The translations under genes were made by a program, and so were the position numbers. Source: Podarcis bocagei (lineage: Eukaryota). Taken from it: a stretch of 64,000 nt of DNA. Position 1 is the stretch's first letter. Each line of letters starts with the position of its first letter. Below the pieces are notes generated by a model. It was not told where the DNA came from, ran no database searches, and saw nothing but the letters and a program-made list of their open reading frames with translations. Location of the stretch: the NCBI GenBank assembly GCA_964188305.1, contig OZ076903.1, one strand, 5' to 3'. Positions 49,639 through 62,454 of this stretch are shown here, in pieces.

Positions 49639-50654
49639 CTGTAGAAGAAGAAACCAGTTTTGACTCTAAAAGGCCCCAACTGATCAACAAATCAAAGCCT
49701 GTGATAGTTGGGAGTCGCCACAGACTCATGCCTCAGGCAAAGAAGATCGAGGAAGTGAACTAGGAAGCTCCTGTTCAAGCAACTTAGAAGTGAAGTGGAA
49801 GTTGAAGTGCTTTCATTAAGAACAGTTCTGGGGTGGGCCAATGAATCTTGTGTGAACTCTTAAAAAGCTAAAATCTCCACAGGCCAATGCATTTTAAAAT
49901 TCAGAGCAAGAAACCATTTTGGTTGCCTTAAGGATTAGTTGTACCTTAAGTATGCTATCTTGTTTTGTATACTTAAGAGCCTGGGTGGCTGGATCAGACC
50001 ACAACCTGCCTAGTCTTATCTGCCCTTCCAACCATGTTTTCCTGCTTATCCTTTTAACACACTTTCTCACCAATCTTTGGGCCGTGAAGGGAGCAGATAC
50101 GATGCAAAGCAAAGGAATCCCAACTGAGACAGCATTTTTTCTTATGTTCTCACCACCTTTAGAAGAGCTACTGCTAGGAGCAGACTTCATTTTCCAGGCT
50201 GCTTCTCCAACTAGCTCAGTGCTGCATTACTGTGACTGCAAAAAGCTGGCCAGGATCTCATCTCGTTAAAGAGATGCTTTTCACATTTATTACATTTGTC
50301 ACTTACCACATAAAAGCAACTGACTAAGATTCAAAACACTAAAAGAATAAAACTTTTACTAAAGGTGCTTCGCCTGCAATATTATAAAAAGCACAAAACT
50401 TTTAATTTACTTTTTGCTTTTGCATATTAAAGCCCTGCCTTCCTACAAGATTCCTAGCAGCAACCAAGGTGATCCATTAGAGGGTGGCAGATGACCTCCT
50501 TCCTGCCCATTCCAGATTAGCACAGCTTCTTTTGAGGGCTGGGCTGCACCTCCCAAGGGAGCAGGCCAGGTCGGCTGCCCAAACCAGGCGGTGATGCCCT
50601 TCTCAGGCCGCACCCTTTGCACAGCAATCCTCCTTGGTCTCTCTCCAGTTTTAC

Positions 50655-50817
50655 CTGGTCTCCACCGTGAATTTGTTGGGCTTGTTGGTGGTCCCACTTT
50701 GGATGCCAGGACCATGCACTCGAACCCTTGTGGGGTCACATCCTTCTGTTACTGGAACCCGGAAGGGGCTGCTCGGCACAGGGCTGCCATTGTAAGTCAC
50801 ATCAATAGAGTGGACAC
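50655..50817 (-). CDS. FLNA: FLNA exon (~ex24), 163 nt
   Basis: [54 protein letters not shown]; ttcag|...|gtaaaa. Confidence 0.93.
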
Positions 50818-51348
50818 CTGAAGAAGAAGAAGGGGGAAAGCTGGAGCTCTTGGGTGCTATGCCTCGAACTTCAAAGCCTATGCATCGCGGAAGCCCTCCT
50901 GTGGCCTCAGGTGTGCGCAGACTGGTGGCAGCCAAGCTCACTCCTCTGGCACTATTCCCTTTAATGCCCAGGCTCAAGCAACCCAAGACATTTTGCTATA
51001 TGAGGCAAAAATGTTTGATGGAGCACATGCTTAACAGTCATGATTAAAGAGCATGTGTGCATGCTACACACACATTTTCACTCTCCACAGTTTCCAAAAA
51101 GGACGTCACCTCATCTTGCCCAATGGTAGGGCCAGAAGTTTCAGGTGGCCAACACTGAAGACTGAACAACAGCATCAATTGCCCATGAAACTGGGCACAT
51201 TTTCAAAGCAAAAAGGGCAGGCTTGTGAGGCAAGCGTTGAAGAGGATCTTGGAAATCCATAGCCCCTCTGTTAGGGTCTGCACCATCAGTACTAAGGGGG
51301 CTCCCCACATCATGAACACCCCTCCCTGCCGCTGCACAGCTCTCTCAC

Positions 51349-51522
51349 CATCTTCATATGGAGTGTACTCCACATTGTAGGTCCCATCCCCATTATCACG
51401 CACATAGCTCTCGGTCAGGTTTCCTGAGGGATTGGACACTCTCGTCTTGACATGAGGGCCTCCAGCCTTAGTCAGGGCTCGTGCATCTACGCTGAACTCT
51501 GTGGTGGCTTCACGGAACACAC
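51349..51522 (-). CDS. FLNA: FLNA exon (~ex23), 174 nt
   Basis: [28 protein letters not shown]...[10 protein letters not shown]; caccag|...|gtgaga. Confidence 0.93.
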
Positions 51523-52262
51523 CTGGTGAGCACAAGCAGGGTCAGAAGTCACAGAATACAGAAGGAGGCTGCACAACAGGACTCTCCCAACCCAGTCTCA
51601 TTTTGCGTCCTGTTTCATGAATGACCCAAGGCCCTACACTGTATCCAGCATCACCTGGGAAAGTAATTTGGAATGTGGGTCTGAGCCAAAGCCCCAAGTC
51701 ATTTGCACCTATCACCAGAACTATCCCCAGGCCAAATAAGACATCCTCAGGGCAAGATGGAGGCCATCTATCACAGCCAAGCTTGACATGAAGGGTCTTC
51801 ACTCCCCATTACTCTCCTCCCTAGCCTACACCTCCAATCCCCTTATTATGAAGCCCCAGGCTAAGGACAAAATGGTGTACCAGCATCCTGTGCCCACTTG
51901 TCACCAGCATATAACAGGTTTGACTTTCTACCCCTTCTGTCTATGACAAAAATTTCTATAAGGATAATGCCTGGTGAAGTCTTAAGGAAGCCCCAAGAGG
52001 GTTGTTTGAAACTTCCAGTGCCTCTGCCCTATAACTAGGGGGAAACAAATTTATTCCCAAAAATACAGACGGGCAATTACGTTTTCCTTCTGCAGCTCAA
52101 GCAAGGCATCTAAATTCAAATTAGGCTGACACAAATTTGTCACAGCAATTCCCTTTCCCCTCTCCAAACCCAAGCCATAAACTTCCTAGGACAGGCTGCA
52201 GACTACCCAACGCCAAGTCCCACTGGGACACTCTTCCAAGGAGAGGGCCCAGCCAGCCTCAC

Positions 52263-52860
52263 CTTTGCCTTCCACTCCGGGCCCGTAGACTTTAACTCCA
52301 GACGTGTCCACAGCTGGTTCCACGTTGAGCTTGCTGGGGAAGTTTGGCACAGGCTGCCCACCGTATTTGATTGTGATGGTGTAGACACCCGGGCAGAGAG
52401 GGATGTAAGTGATGGTGTAGGTGCCATCGCCGTTATCCCGCACGTGGACCTCAGCCTGTGTGCCGCTTTCCGAAATGATCTCAATGGTGAGCTCTGCGCT
52501 GCCGGCGCTGGAGCAGTCCACGCTGAACTCTCCCGCCTGCCCCACCGTGGCGTGCTCCAGCCCTGGCCCAGAACACTTCACTTTGGACGGATCAAAGCCA
52601 GGCAACACCTGGGCTTTGAAGGGAGAGCCTGGCACATGGGTGTCAGCAAAGAGGATGTTGATGTTGTACTCGCCAGGCTCCGTGGGCAGGTAAGAGACGG
52701 AGCAGGTGCCATCTCCATTGTCCAGGCACTCGATCTTGGCCTCACAAGGGCCCTCCACAGTCAGGCCAAGGCCTCCGTTGCCAGCCCCTTTGGTATCTAT
52801 GGTAAAGGGGGCAGGAGCGCCAGCCAAGCCACCCTTCAGGCCTGGTCCATAGGCCTTCAC
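52263..52860 (-). CDS. FLNA: FLNA exon (~ex22), 598 nt
   Basis: [27 protein letters not shown]...[11 protein letters not shown]; cccag|...|gtgagg. Confidence 0.95.
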
Positions 52861-53949
52861 CTGGGACAGGCCAAGGGCAGGGGGAACAAGGAAAGAGAAG
52901 ACAGAAGAAGAATGCTCCATGGTCACTTTGGCCCATCAAACAAGACCTTTAAATAAAAAGGATTTATCAAGGCAAACCCTCCCGCCATCAAAAGGTGACT
53001 ATTTGCTGCACCCCGATGAAGACAAATTCTTTATAAATGGTCAACTTGCCCCTTCAGATCTATGCAGGGCTCTGAGTGACTGAGTTCATGGAGATGTGTG
53101 CAGATCTCAATCTACAGTGGCAACCACCCAGAGACAAGTTAGCACAGCGATAAGAAGGCTCTAGTCCAGGGAGGATGGGGGACCGGGGCCCCTTTTCCAG
53201 GTGCCATTTCACTCCTAGCAGTCCCAGCAGTCAGCATGACCAATGGTCAGGGATTATAGGACTTGGAGTCTTACAACATATGGAGGAGAACAGCAGGCTC
53301 CCCCACCCAGAAATTAGTCAGTACAGCCTCCACCTCGACTCAAGTCTGCACTACTAGACAAGCCCTCCTTTTCAGGAAAGAAGAATTAAGGGCATTCAGG
53401 GTTTTGGTTTTTTTTGGAAACTCAAGCACTAATTTGCCCAGGGAAAGGATGCGCCTCTCCTAATATGGTCAACACATACTCTTTATTAGGCACGTGCACA
53501 CACACAAATATTTAAGCCCCCCACCCACTGGAATAACCAACATCCACACCGTCAGATTAATCTAGACTCTTAAGGGTTTGCTGTCTGCATAATAATGGTT
53601 TCCTGCCCACAGTGACCCCGTATGCCCCATAACCAGGCCCACTTTGCCTGGTCTAAGTATATGAAATGGCTAGAGCTCACTGGCTAGGTCAGAATGTTAT
53701 TGTACTGTGAAGTTACAGGAATGGAAGGTTTGAGACAGGAAGAAAGAAAAGTCAAGATTTAGGACAAAACAAGACACTTCAAAAACAGGGCACTCTGTGC
53801 ATGCCCCATGAGACCACCACCACATACATGCTGCAAGAAACTGCTCAGAGTTCTAGAACACAGGAGGTGGCAAGCAGACTGCTGTTCTGCACCTCCACAC
53901 AGAGACTGAATCAGCCAAGAAGGCCCAATCCCTCTGCCACATTAATGGG

Positions 53950-53976
53950 GTGTGTGTGTGTGTGTGTGTGTGTGTG
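53950..53976. repeat. (TG)n microsatellite
   Basis: Seen directly. Confidence 0.95.
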
Positions 53977-53986
53977 AAGCTCCTAC

Positions 53987-54249
53987 CTTGGATGGGTTGG
54001 TGGGGGGTACAGCCTCCACAGGGAAGGGGCTGCCTGGGACTGGCACACCATCATAGGTCACGTCTACTTCATAAGGCCCCTCTTCCCGGGGGATGAACTT
54101 CACCACGCTGTTGTCGGAGCTGAGGCCTGGCTCCACCTTGCAGGGCACAGGTTTGCTGGAGGGGCCTGTGATCTTGGCAGCCACCTTGCCTTGGCCACCA
54201 GCCCCCTTCGACTTGACGGTGAACTCCTGGTCCTTGCCCACTTCCACTT
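53987..54249 (-). CDS. FLNA: FLNA exon (~ex21), 263 nt
   Basis: VEVGKDQEFTVKSKGAGGQGKV...GSPFPVEAVPPTNPSK; tgcag|...|gtagga. Confidence 0.94.
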
Positions 54250-56718
54250 CTGCAAAAAACAATGTGTGGGGGGCAGAGTGTGCATGTTTGTGTCAGATCT
54301 TAAGTGTATTTGGCCCTTTGAATTAAAAAAGGAGGGGAGAGATCCTCCTGGGCCAAGTATTCCTACCCCCAAAATCCACTGCTTTGCCTGCCCTATAGAG
54401 AGCGGCTTAAGAATTGCTAAGACAGAACCATCCACTAGATTCCTAGGTAGCCGTTTCTCAGATTTATAGCACCACTTCCTAAGGCCTAGAGAAGGTGACA
54501 ATACTTTTGTGGCTGGGGTTAAGTTGTGGGGGGGGGGGGGAGAAATACTGGCATGACTAGTGTTTCCTGAAAAAAACAAAGACCTTGGAGTGCTTCCAAT
54601 CATCTGGCCCTGGCAGGTCTCCAGGAAGCAAAGATTTTTAATCCAGCTGCCACTTGGGAGGCATCTAAAAATGGGGAATTTTCCCATCATGGTTTGATCT
54701 CCATGGAACCCCAAAACCCTTCCTGGGGGGGGGGGGTTGTGGTAGATGATTGCCTGTGTGACAAAATGCCCCCAATCTTGTCAGGGCAAGACTCCACAAG
54801 GCCAGTTTAAAGGTTGCTGATGTTGGGAGCACAGATGGGTTGACAGGGATTTTTATTGTGTGGAGGCTCTGCCACATGGTATGGGGAGGAATGTACACAC
54901 ATGCATAGTGCAGAAACTGCAATGTGTCAAGGGGGAGGGTGGAGATGGGCAGGAGGAGAATGCTGCTGCCATAGCTTAGAATCATTCTGCAGACTCGCAC
55001 AGCTGCCACTCAAAAGGCCATTGCATTGAGCTTCACCCTTAACATGCAGCAGGCTTGCTAGTCCTGCCACAAGAGGCAACACCACGGGAGCTGAATTTGC
55101 TAGAACCAAGGGGAAACCGCCCAGTTCCCCTTGTTATTTCTGCTATTGCCAGGAGGTGTGGTGTTAATGTAATCTTGTTATATTTATAGCACTGCAATTA
55201 TGGGTTTTGTACGTTATTATATTTGCCATTGTGATTTTCTTTTGCCGTGAAATTGTTATTGTGACAACCGATTGAGATGCATTCCCGTTTCCTAGGCTGC
55301 AAAAGCTGCTTTGATTTTTTTGTAGGAGGGAAGCATACAAATAAAATTATGATGTTGCTGCTTCACATCACAGGCTGGTGAAGAGGATGACGGGAGCTGG
55401 GTTGGCAAAAATGCAGCTGACTGAAACGCCAGGGCAAGTTCTAATGGGTGGGTTGCTGCTGGGGGAGAGGATGCGGATGGGAACCAAGAGTGCTAGATGT
55501 GCTGCCGCCGCCATTTTGGGCAGAACTCTGTGTTTTAAGTGCAATGTGATCTGACCCCAAGACTCAGGAAAGGTCCTACTCTAGTTTTTATGGCTGTAAA
55601 AGTACATTTGCAAAAGTGAATATGCTTGAATGACTATGCCTCCTGGAACTCATAAACCCAAGACAGCAAGCAACAGAGCAAAACTATTCCACATTTGCTC
55701 TGCAAAATTGCAGGCCTGCAAAACCCTATTAATGCAAGACTTCTCAATGTGGTCATATCTTCTGAGCTGCCTGAATCTGCCTCGCAGGGGCCAAAACTTC
55801 CCAAGGGATGCTGGAACAGATGGGCTCTTGGTCTGATCCCAGAAGGCTTTACCAGCCAGCTGCAAACATTGGCTGTATTGTAATCCTCAGGGATTAACTT
55901 GACATGGCCAACCTACTTCAGACAAGCCAATGACTGCAGAGAAGCAGAGTAGACCTTTAAGTGTGTGATAGATCATTTCTTTATTAGGTGGTTACCTTTT
56001 AAGAATTTTTTTTTTAAAAAAGAAACCCAACAAGGGTTGTGTAAACAGCAGGAGTACAGTTCAGGCACCACCCTCCTCCACATCTGGTGCCCTCCAGATG
56101 TTTTGGACTACAACATGGTTCGCCCCAAGCACATTGTAGTTGAAAGCATCTGGAAAACACCAAGTTGGGGGAAGACTGAACTAGTTCAATTCAATCTTCA
56201 TTTGAAAGGAAGGGGGCAGAGACAAACTAACTAATTTAAGAGTGGGTTTAGATCAAATTGTAACTTGTAGGAACACAATACCTTTACTAGAGCTATCTTA
56301 CCTTATTCCCAAATTTGACTCTTGTGCTGCTTTTATAAAATTAGGCTTACTCTAATGAGCAAAGACTTTTACATTTTAAAGACATTTTCTTTGGGTATAC
56401 CAGCCAAGAAAGACCGCAGCTTGAAATTTTGAACAGATGAAATGATATAGGCATGCAGTGATGCAACCAGAGCCAGGATGACTTCACAAAGAGCCCGTCC
56501 TGTTACTGCTGCAAAAATCTGGAGATCCAGATGCCTGTTTTAGAAGCAGGTTTCTAGCCCTCATGCTGGCCAAAAGTATGCTATAATGATGTCATAAATG
56601 CTAGATGCAGAGTGGTTAGAGGTCAACACTGTATGTAGCTCATCACCCTTTCCGAGGATTAGCAAAAAGCAGATACAGGCACTGCTGTGTCCAGCATTTA
56701 GGTCACTGGGATACATAC

Positions 56719-56836
56719 TGTCGCCAAGTCCAGAGATCTTGATCTTGCCGAGGTCCAGGGTGGGTGCCACTCCCACACTGAAAGGGCTTTTGGGGATGTG
56801 GTCTCCTCCATATGTAACATTCACTCCAATGTTACC
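56719..56836 (-). CDS. FLNA: FLNA exon (~ex20), 118 nt
   Basis: [39 protein letters not shown]; ttcag|...|gtatgt. Confidence 0.92.
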
Positions 56837-57311
56837 CTGAAAGTCAAGAACCATGACTGTCATCACTTAAAGACACCATTTTTGAGTGATAAAGAGGCAG
56901 CCGTCTCCCGCCCTCATCCTGCCAACTCCAAGCCACAGCCAAATCTAGTTTCTTACCTGAGTAGATTTTAAAGACTACTTTAACTGAGACTGTAAGCCTG
57001 TATCTGGACAGCCACACCTCCCGACACTTAGCAAGGGCTCCTCCGCGAGGGGTGGGGGGGGGGAACCTTGCATATAGCACATCCAGGACAAGACTAGGCT
57101 AGAACACCAACCCTACATGCAAGCCACAAACCATCCTATTTGCCTAAAGCTGCCACACCAGGCTCCTCTTTCCTTGCTCTTATTAGAGTTTGAAGACGCC
57201 GGATCCTAGCTGGCTTTGTGTATTTTGGGATGAAGTCTGCTACTGACCAAGAAATCTTGCCTCGGGGATAAGAGAGCCCTTAAGATCCCATGTCTCCTCC
57301 CCATCACTCAC

Positions 57312-57481
57312 CTGCTGCACAGGGGTGTATTTGACAGTATAAGTGTTGTCATGGTGGTCAATTATTTCAGAGTCTCTAACAGCCTCTCCTTTGGCCGGGC
57401 CAGTGAACTGGACATCCAGCTTAGCCTTGCCAGCTGCCTTGGTGTTGACTGTGAAGTAGGTTGGTTTGCCTATCTCCACAC
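57312..57481 (-). CDS. FLNA: FLNA exon (~ex19), 170 nt
   Basis: [28 protein letters not shown]...[10 protein letters not shown]; ctacag|...|gtgagt. Confidence 0.93.
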
Positions 57482-58277
57482 CTGTAGCGAAGGGAGGTGA
57501 AAGTTAAACAACTTTTCTAATAAGCTCCTTAGTACAATGCTTACCAGAATCCCCCCACCCCAATCATCCAGTTTAGGACACAAACCATTCGCCCAAAGCC
57601 ACCTCTTGCCTAGGTTTGAGTTCTACCCATTTTGCAAATTGGGACACTCAATAAAATGCTTTTGTCAGCTGCCTTCAGCTGTCCATACTAGAGGCTCAGT
57701 ATTCCCATTTCCTTCCTCACACCATCCACTCTTGACTTCCAAAGGGGTGGTTGAGGATTTCTGCCTAAGAGATGGGACAACACTGGAGAGAGAATGCCCT
57801 TAGATTCCCTCTCCTCATAAACTTGGGAGAAACTTTGGACAGCAGAGGAAGGAAGGCCTGTAACCCAACCACAGCCCCTTCCCCACCATGTGACCTCCTG
57901 GGAGTATTCCCAATAATCCCTGGTTACTTGCAGGATCCTATCAGTGTGGGAGGGAGGGATAGAAATGCTCCTCAAGGAGTACTGAGGACTAACAAAGCCC
58001 CATCCCACCAAGGATTGATAAATCATGCCCCCACTATTTGGCGGTCCATAACGCAAGCACTGTCCTGGATCCAGAGTCATGCATACTTCTAAGTATGGGA
58101 ATCAGTGGGTCTAAAGAGTTGGAGCTTCAAAGCTCCTGCACAAATGTTAAGAGAAACAGGTACCTTTGGGAGGAATTTTAGTCATCCTTGCTCTAGCTTA
58201 GGCTTCAAGGATCCCGATACCCAGCCATACAGTTCAGCCCCAATTCACCCCCATTTACAGAGCATCCCCCAGCTCAC

Positions 58278-58368
58278 CACTCCTGTTGAGTCCAGGTCCC
58301 TCGGCCTTGACTTTGCTGGCATCATGTGAAGGATCCACTTTGATTCTGATGGGGCTGGTGGGGGTGGC
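58278..58368 (-). CDS. FLNA: FLNA exon (~ex18), 91 nt
   Basis: [30 protein letters not shown]; tgcag|...|gtgagc. Confidence 0.93.
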
Positions 58369-58463
58369 CTGCAGATGAACATGAAGCAAGTGAAAACATT
58401 GCTTCCTACACTCTTTTGGCCTCCTCCCCACCCCCACCCTTCTGCAGTAAGAGGAGCTCTTAC

Positions 58464-58624
58464 CTGGTCAGCAAAAAGCACCATAATGGTGTAGCTGCCA
58501 GCACCGCGGGGTGTGTACTTGACTGTGAAGGTGTCATTGTCATTCCGAATGATGTCAAAGTCTATGTCTGCCTCTGCTGGGCCCACAACGCCTGGTGCAC
58601 ACTTGATGCCGATGCTCACGTCAC
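58464..58624 (-). CDS. FLNA: FLNA exon (~ex17), 161 nt
   Basis: [53 protein letters not shown]; ttaaaag|...|gtaaga. Confidence 0.93.
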
Positions 58625-58827
58625 CTTTTAAGAAGTAAAAAGTGGGAGTGAGACAGCAGCTTTAACTGGAACCCAGCTGCTTTATTGTGGCCTTCCCAAA
58701 GGTACAGCACAGAGAAGGGGAACCTGTGGCCCTCCAGATGGCATTTAACTTCCACTCCCACCAGCCCCAATCAAAACAGCTAGTGGTCAGGGAAGATGAG
58801 AGTTGTAGTCCACACCACCATCTGGAG

Positions 58828-58965
58828 CAGCCTTTCTCAACATGTGGGTCCCCAGATGTTGTTGAACTACAACTCCCATCACCCCTAGGTAGCAAGGCCA
58901 GGGCTCAGGGATGGTGGGAGTTGTAGTCCAACAACATCTGGGGACCCACAGGTTAAGACCTGCTG
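58828..58965. mobile_element. Palindromic hAT-like MITE nested in an older related copy (~58715-58989)
   Basis: Perfect TSD atctggag at 58820-58827 and 58966-58973; the host MITE sequence resumes after the TSD. Confidence 0.8.
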
Positions 58966-59000
58966 ATCTGGAGGATCATGAGTTCCCTGTTCCTGGTGTA

Positions 59001-59339
59001 AAGGTCAAGGTAAAGGGACCCCTGACCATTAGGTCCAGTCGTGGCCAACTCTGGGGTTGCGGTGCTCATCTCACTTTATTGGCCGAGGGAGCTGGCGTAC
59101 AGCTTCCAGGTCATGTGGCCAGCATGACTAAGCCACTTCTGGCGCATGTAAATGCCGTTTACTTTACCGCCGGAGTGGTAGCTATTTATCTACTTGCACT
59201 TTGACGTGCTTTCGAACTGCTAGGTTGGCAGGAGCCGGGACCGAGCAACGGGAGCTCACCCCGTTGTGGGGATTCGAACTGCTGACCTTCTAATCGGCAA
59301 GTCCTAGGCTCTGTGGTTTAACCCACAGCACCACCCGCT
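59001..59339 (-). mobile_element. Near full-length Sauria SINE
   Basis: aaggtcaaggtaaagggacccctgacc...ggattcgaac...cacagcaccacccgc; TSD ttcctggtgta at 58990-59000 and 59340-59350. Confidence 0.88.
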
Positions 59340-60666
59340 TTCCTGGTGTAGCAGGTCTCTAATACTGAAGGCAACAGGTGGGTACTATGGCAATTTGTTA
59401 TCAGGCGTGACTCCCGCTAATTGATTTATGGCCCTCAATTAGCTCTTCACTGCCCGGCACACTTCTCCTGCCGCATGCTCTGCTCCGAGCTCTCCGTCAC
59501 GCCATAGCAGAGCTACGCACAGCGGTGTAAACTGTCACGTGGCTTGATTCAGCTTCCAGACAAACACACAGAGAGTCCAGGTTTGTCTATTTACAGCTTT
59601 TATTCCGATATTTCTCAGGAATTTCCAGGACTATTTGCAGCCATCACAGCACTGCATCCTTTCCCCACAGAGTACAGAGTGGGACTGGCAAACTTTGCCC
59701 AAGCTCCTCCCAAGCTTCTAAAATTGACGTCAGAATGGTGTGGCATCATGGGAAGAACTTAACCTGTTAAGTTCCAACTCCAACAGGTACTCGAGTAACA
59801 CCTAGCTACTGACTGGCTCCAGCTGGAGTGGAGAGCAGGGAATAATCATAACCATTCCTGGCCTCTGACAGAGATGCAGTGCGAGATCATGACCTAAGGC
59901 AGCAGTATTATGAAACCTTGATTGAAAGTAAGCCCTACTGAACACAATAGGAAGTGATTCCAAGTAGTTTCAGGAGTCCACTGAAGTAGAGGGGAAGAGT
60001 CTTCGTGACCAGGTTTCAGTTTGGCAACAGAGGCCAGCATTCTGTCAGTTGTCTTCAACTGGGGGGGGGGGGACAACCGGTTTTAATCCTATAGCATCCA
60101 GGCTTGCTGGGGTGTGATTTCTGCAAGGGAGGGCTATAGGTTTCTTGGCATCCTCCCCAAACTATAATGCCCAGAACCCTTTGGGAAAACCACAACTGTC
60201 AAAATGACAGCAAAGAAAATCTAGCAAGCCATACATGTCAATGGAGTGGGTAAATAACTCAAGGCACTTCTAGCTTCATATGCAACAATGCCCTGGTTGT
60301 GTCTCATGGACAGAGGAGCAGTCAGCAACTAACAGGGAAGAGGCCTTGAGGGAAAGAGAATGATGATAAAAACAAACAAGGACTGCTCATCTCATTGCCA
60401 ATGACTGTTCAGTGACACACTTAAACAGTATTAGAGTGTGGCCTGACTCAGATCTAATGCAAGACAACAGTGAAGGAAGTTTAGCTATTATTTAGCATTG
60501 ACACTGAAACAGATAAGGCACAGTTGATAGCTGTTGCTCCACTTTTGCAGGCCACTGTAGCTAGAAGGTGAAATGCTGAGCAGGGAGCAAAAGCAGATGT
60601 TTGGAAGCCTGGAAGCCTTAAAGCATGTTTGGAGACCTTAAATCCATGGTTTGGTGTGGCCCAAGC

Positions 60667-60875
60667 CAGGGGTGTAGTGTGCCAGGGGTGCCATGGCCCC
60701 AGGCGCACCATTTTTGACCTCAGTGCTTCTCTCCACTCGCCCAGGATCCCCTCTGCGCAGGCAGGCAGGCAAGTGTCTTAGGGCAGCCCTGCTTTGCTCC
60801 AGCGGCAGCGCTGGTGGTGAGGGTTGGGCTGGCAAGCGCTCTCCCCAGGCGCCGGCAACCAACGCTATGCCACTG
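60667..60875. mobile_element. hAT-like MITE
   Basis: TIR caggggtgtag / ctatgccactg; TSD gcccaagc / gtccaagc. Confidence 0.6.
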
Positions 60876-62330
60876 GTCCAAGCACAAGAGTGAGTGAGTG
60901 TTGGGAGTCAGGAGAAGCATGGCTCTTCCCTTTCTCCTTGCTTTCTACCTTACTTCTCCCTCACCCTGCACTGTAGGATGCGTAGCCCTAGAGAGCCCTC
61001 CCAAGTACAGGAACTTTAAAGGGTCAAAGCTTCTAAACATTAAAAGAGGCAGCAAGCAACAGCTATTAGGATACAAAAGGATCTGCTGAACTGGGCAATA
61101 AAGAAGGGAGCGGCTGATCTCTGCAGAGGGAGCAGAAACAGATTGCACAACTTTGTCTATTGTTTCCTTAGCTGTCAGCAGAAGAAGAGGGAGAGAGACC
61201 AAGGGCAACCCCTTCAATGAAAAATATTCTCAGTGTCGTTTTATGCAAGAAAAAGTTTCTTCTCTACTCCCACTTAACTGACAATCCCCACCACTTGTAA
61301 TTACTTGTAAGCCCACCCACCTGTCTGGGTTGCTCCAGCCACTCCAACAGAATATGAAGAACACACAATGCGGCAGACAAACTCTGATGCGAAGTGCAGC
61401 ATCCTCTCTCCCCAATAGTAGGCAACATGTATAATGACACAAGCCGCTTATGGGGCCAGAAGGGCAGTGCTTCCAACATGGACACTCCACTTAGCCATTG
61501 GGGGCTAAAGCCACTGGGATATATTTTAGAGGAGTCTCAAAAAAGGTAAAAATATACACAGAAGGGTAGCTGCGCCAGCTTGTTGGGAACAAATACAGTA
61601 CAACGAAGTCTTGTGACAGTCTTTAGACAGACAGACAAATTCATTATGGCATAAGCTTTTGTGGCCTCAAAGGATGAAAGTGAATGGGTTTCAACTGACA
61701 GAATTTGTTACAGAGACTCTTGTTTTGCTATATTAAAAGGTAGAGGCTGTAGTAAAGCCAGGGACAAGGACCTGGTGAAGCTCAGAGTTGGCCCAGGGGC
61801 TCGGTTCCAGTTGCAGTTGTCCACACACAAAGAAAAGTAGTGCAAAGTCCGGAAACCACCACCTCAACAAGGCAGAGGGCTGCATCCTGGGCTCTGGGAA
61901 GGGAGCATCCCAAGACCCTCCTGCAACCTGCCCTGATCCCAGTAAGCAAGAGAAAACAGCTGAGTGGCGGGGGTGGGGGGGTGTTAAACAAATGGAGAGT
62001 GTAGGCGACTGGCAAGTTTGACCTGCTCTCCATTTATTTATTCTCTCACCTACCCGCATAGGTTGCGATTGTGTATGTAACGTGAGTTGCGGGCCCACTG
62101 TTTATGGTCTCCATTCTGGGGCAGTGGGCCAGAGCAAGCCCCCTGCAGTTCTGCCCACAGTGTCTACCCTCCAGAATGGAGCACTCTCTGAGCTTCCCCC
62201 TCCAGCTCTGTTGGGGGGGGGCATCAACAGAAGACAACTAGCTTATCAGAGCTGTGCTTCCAGCATGACCAGTCCTGCCCTGGGGCTTCTTGGCCTGGAC
62301 TCCAGGTGACAGAAGCCCTTCTAGACTCAC

Positions 62331-62454
62331 CTTGCCCGGCTTCTGCACAGTCCACTGTGAAGTAGGTTGGCTCGTGAGCCTTCAGGCCAGTCTTTGCCAC
62401 ACCAGGACCATACACTTTCACTTTGTTGGGGTGGCTGCCAGCACCAACGTTGAC
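62331..62454 (-). CDS. FLNA: FLNA exon (~ex16), 124 nt
   Basis: [41 protein letters not shown]; ctctag|...|gtgagt. Confidence 0.93.

Noticed and set aside
56957-57003. Strong donor CAG|gtaaga in the intron between ex19 and ex20
   Set aside because: No good polypyrimidine acceptor upstream; candidate exons are short and contain a stop or shift frame. A poison exon cannot be excluded, but support is too weak.
8870-59000. Recurrent motif gggagttgtagtccaacaacatctgg / actacaactccc resembling dispersed direct repeats or a CRISPR-like array
   Set aside because: Irregularly spaced, degenerate, palindromic and TSD-flanked: a high-copy MITE family in a vertebrate genome, not CRISPR.
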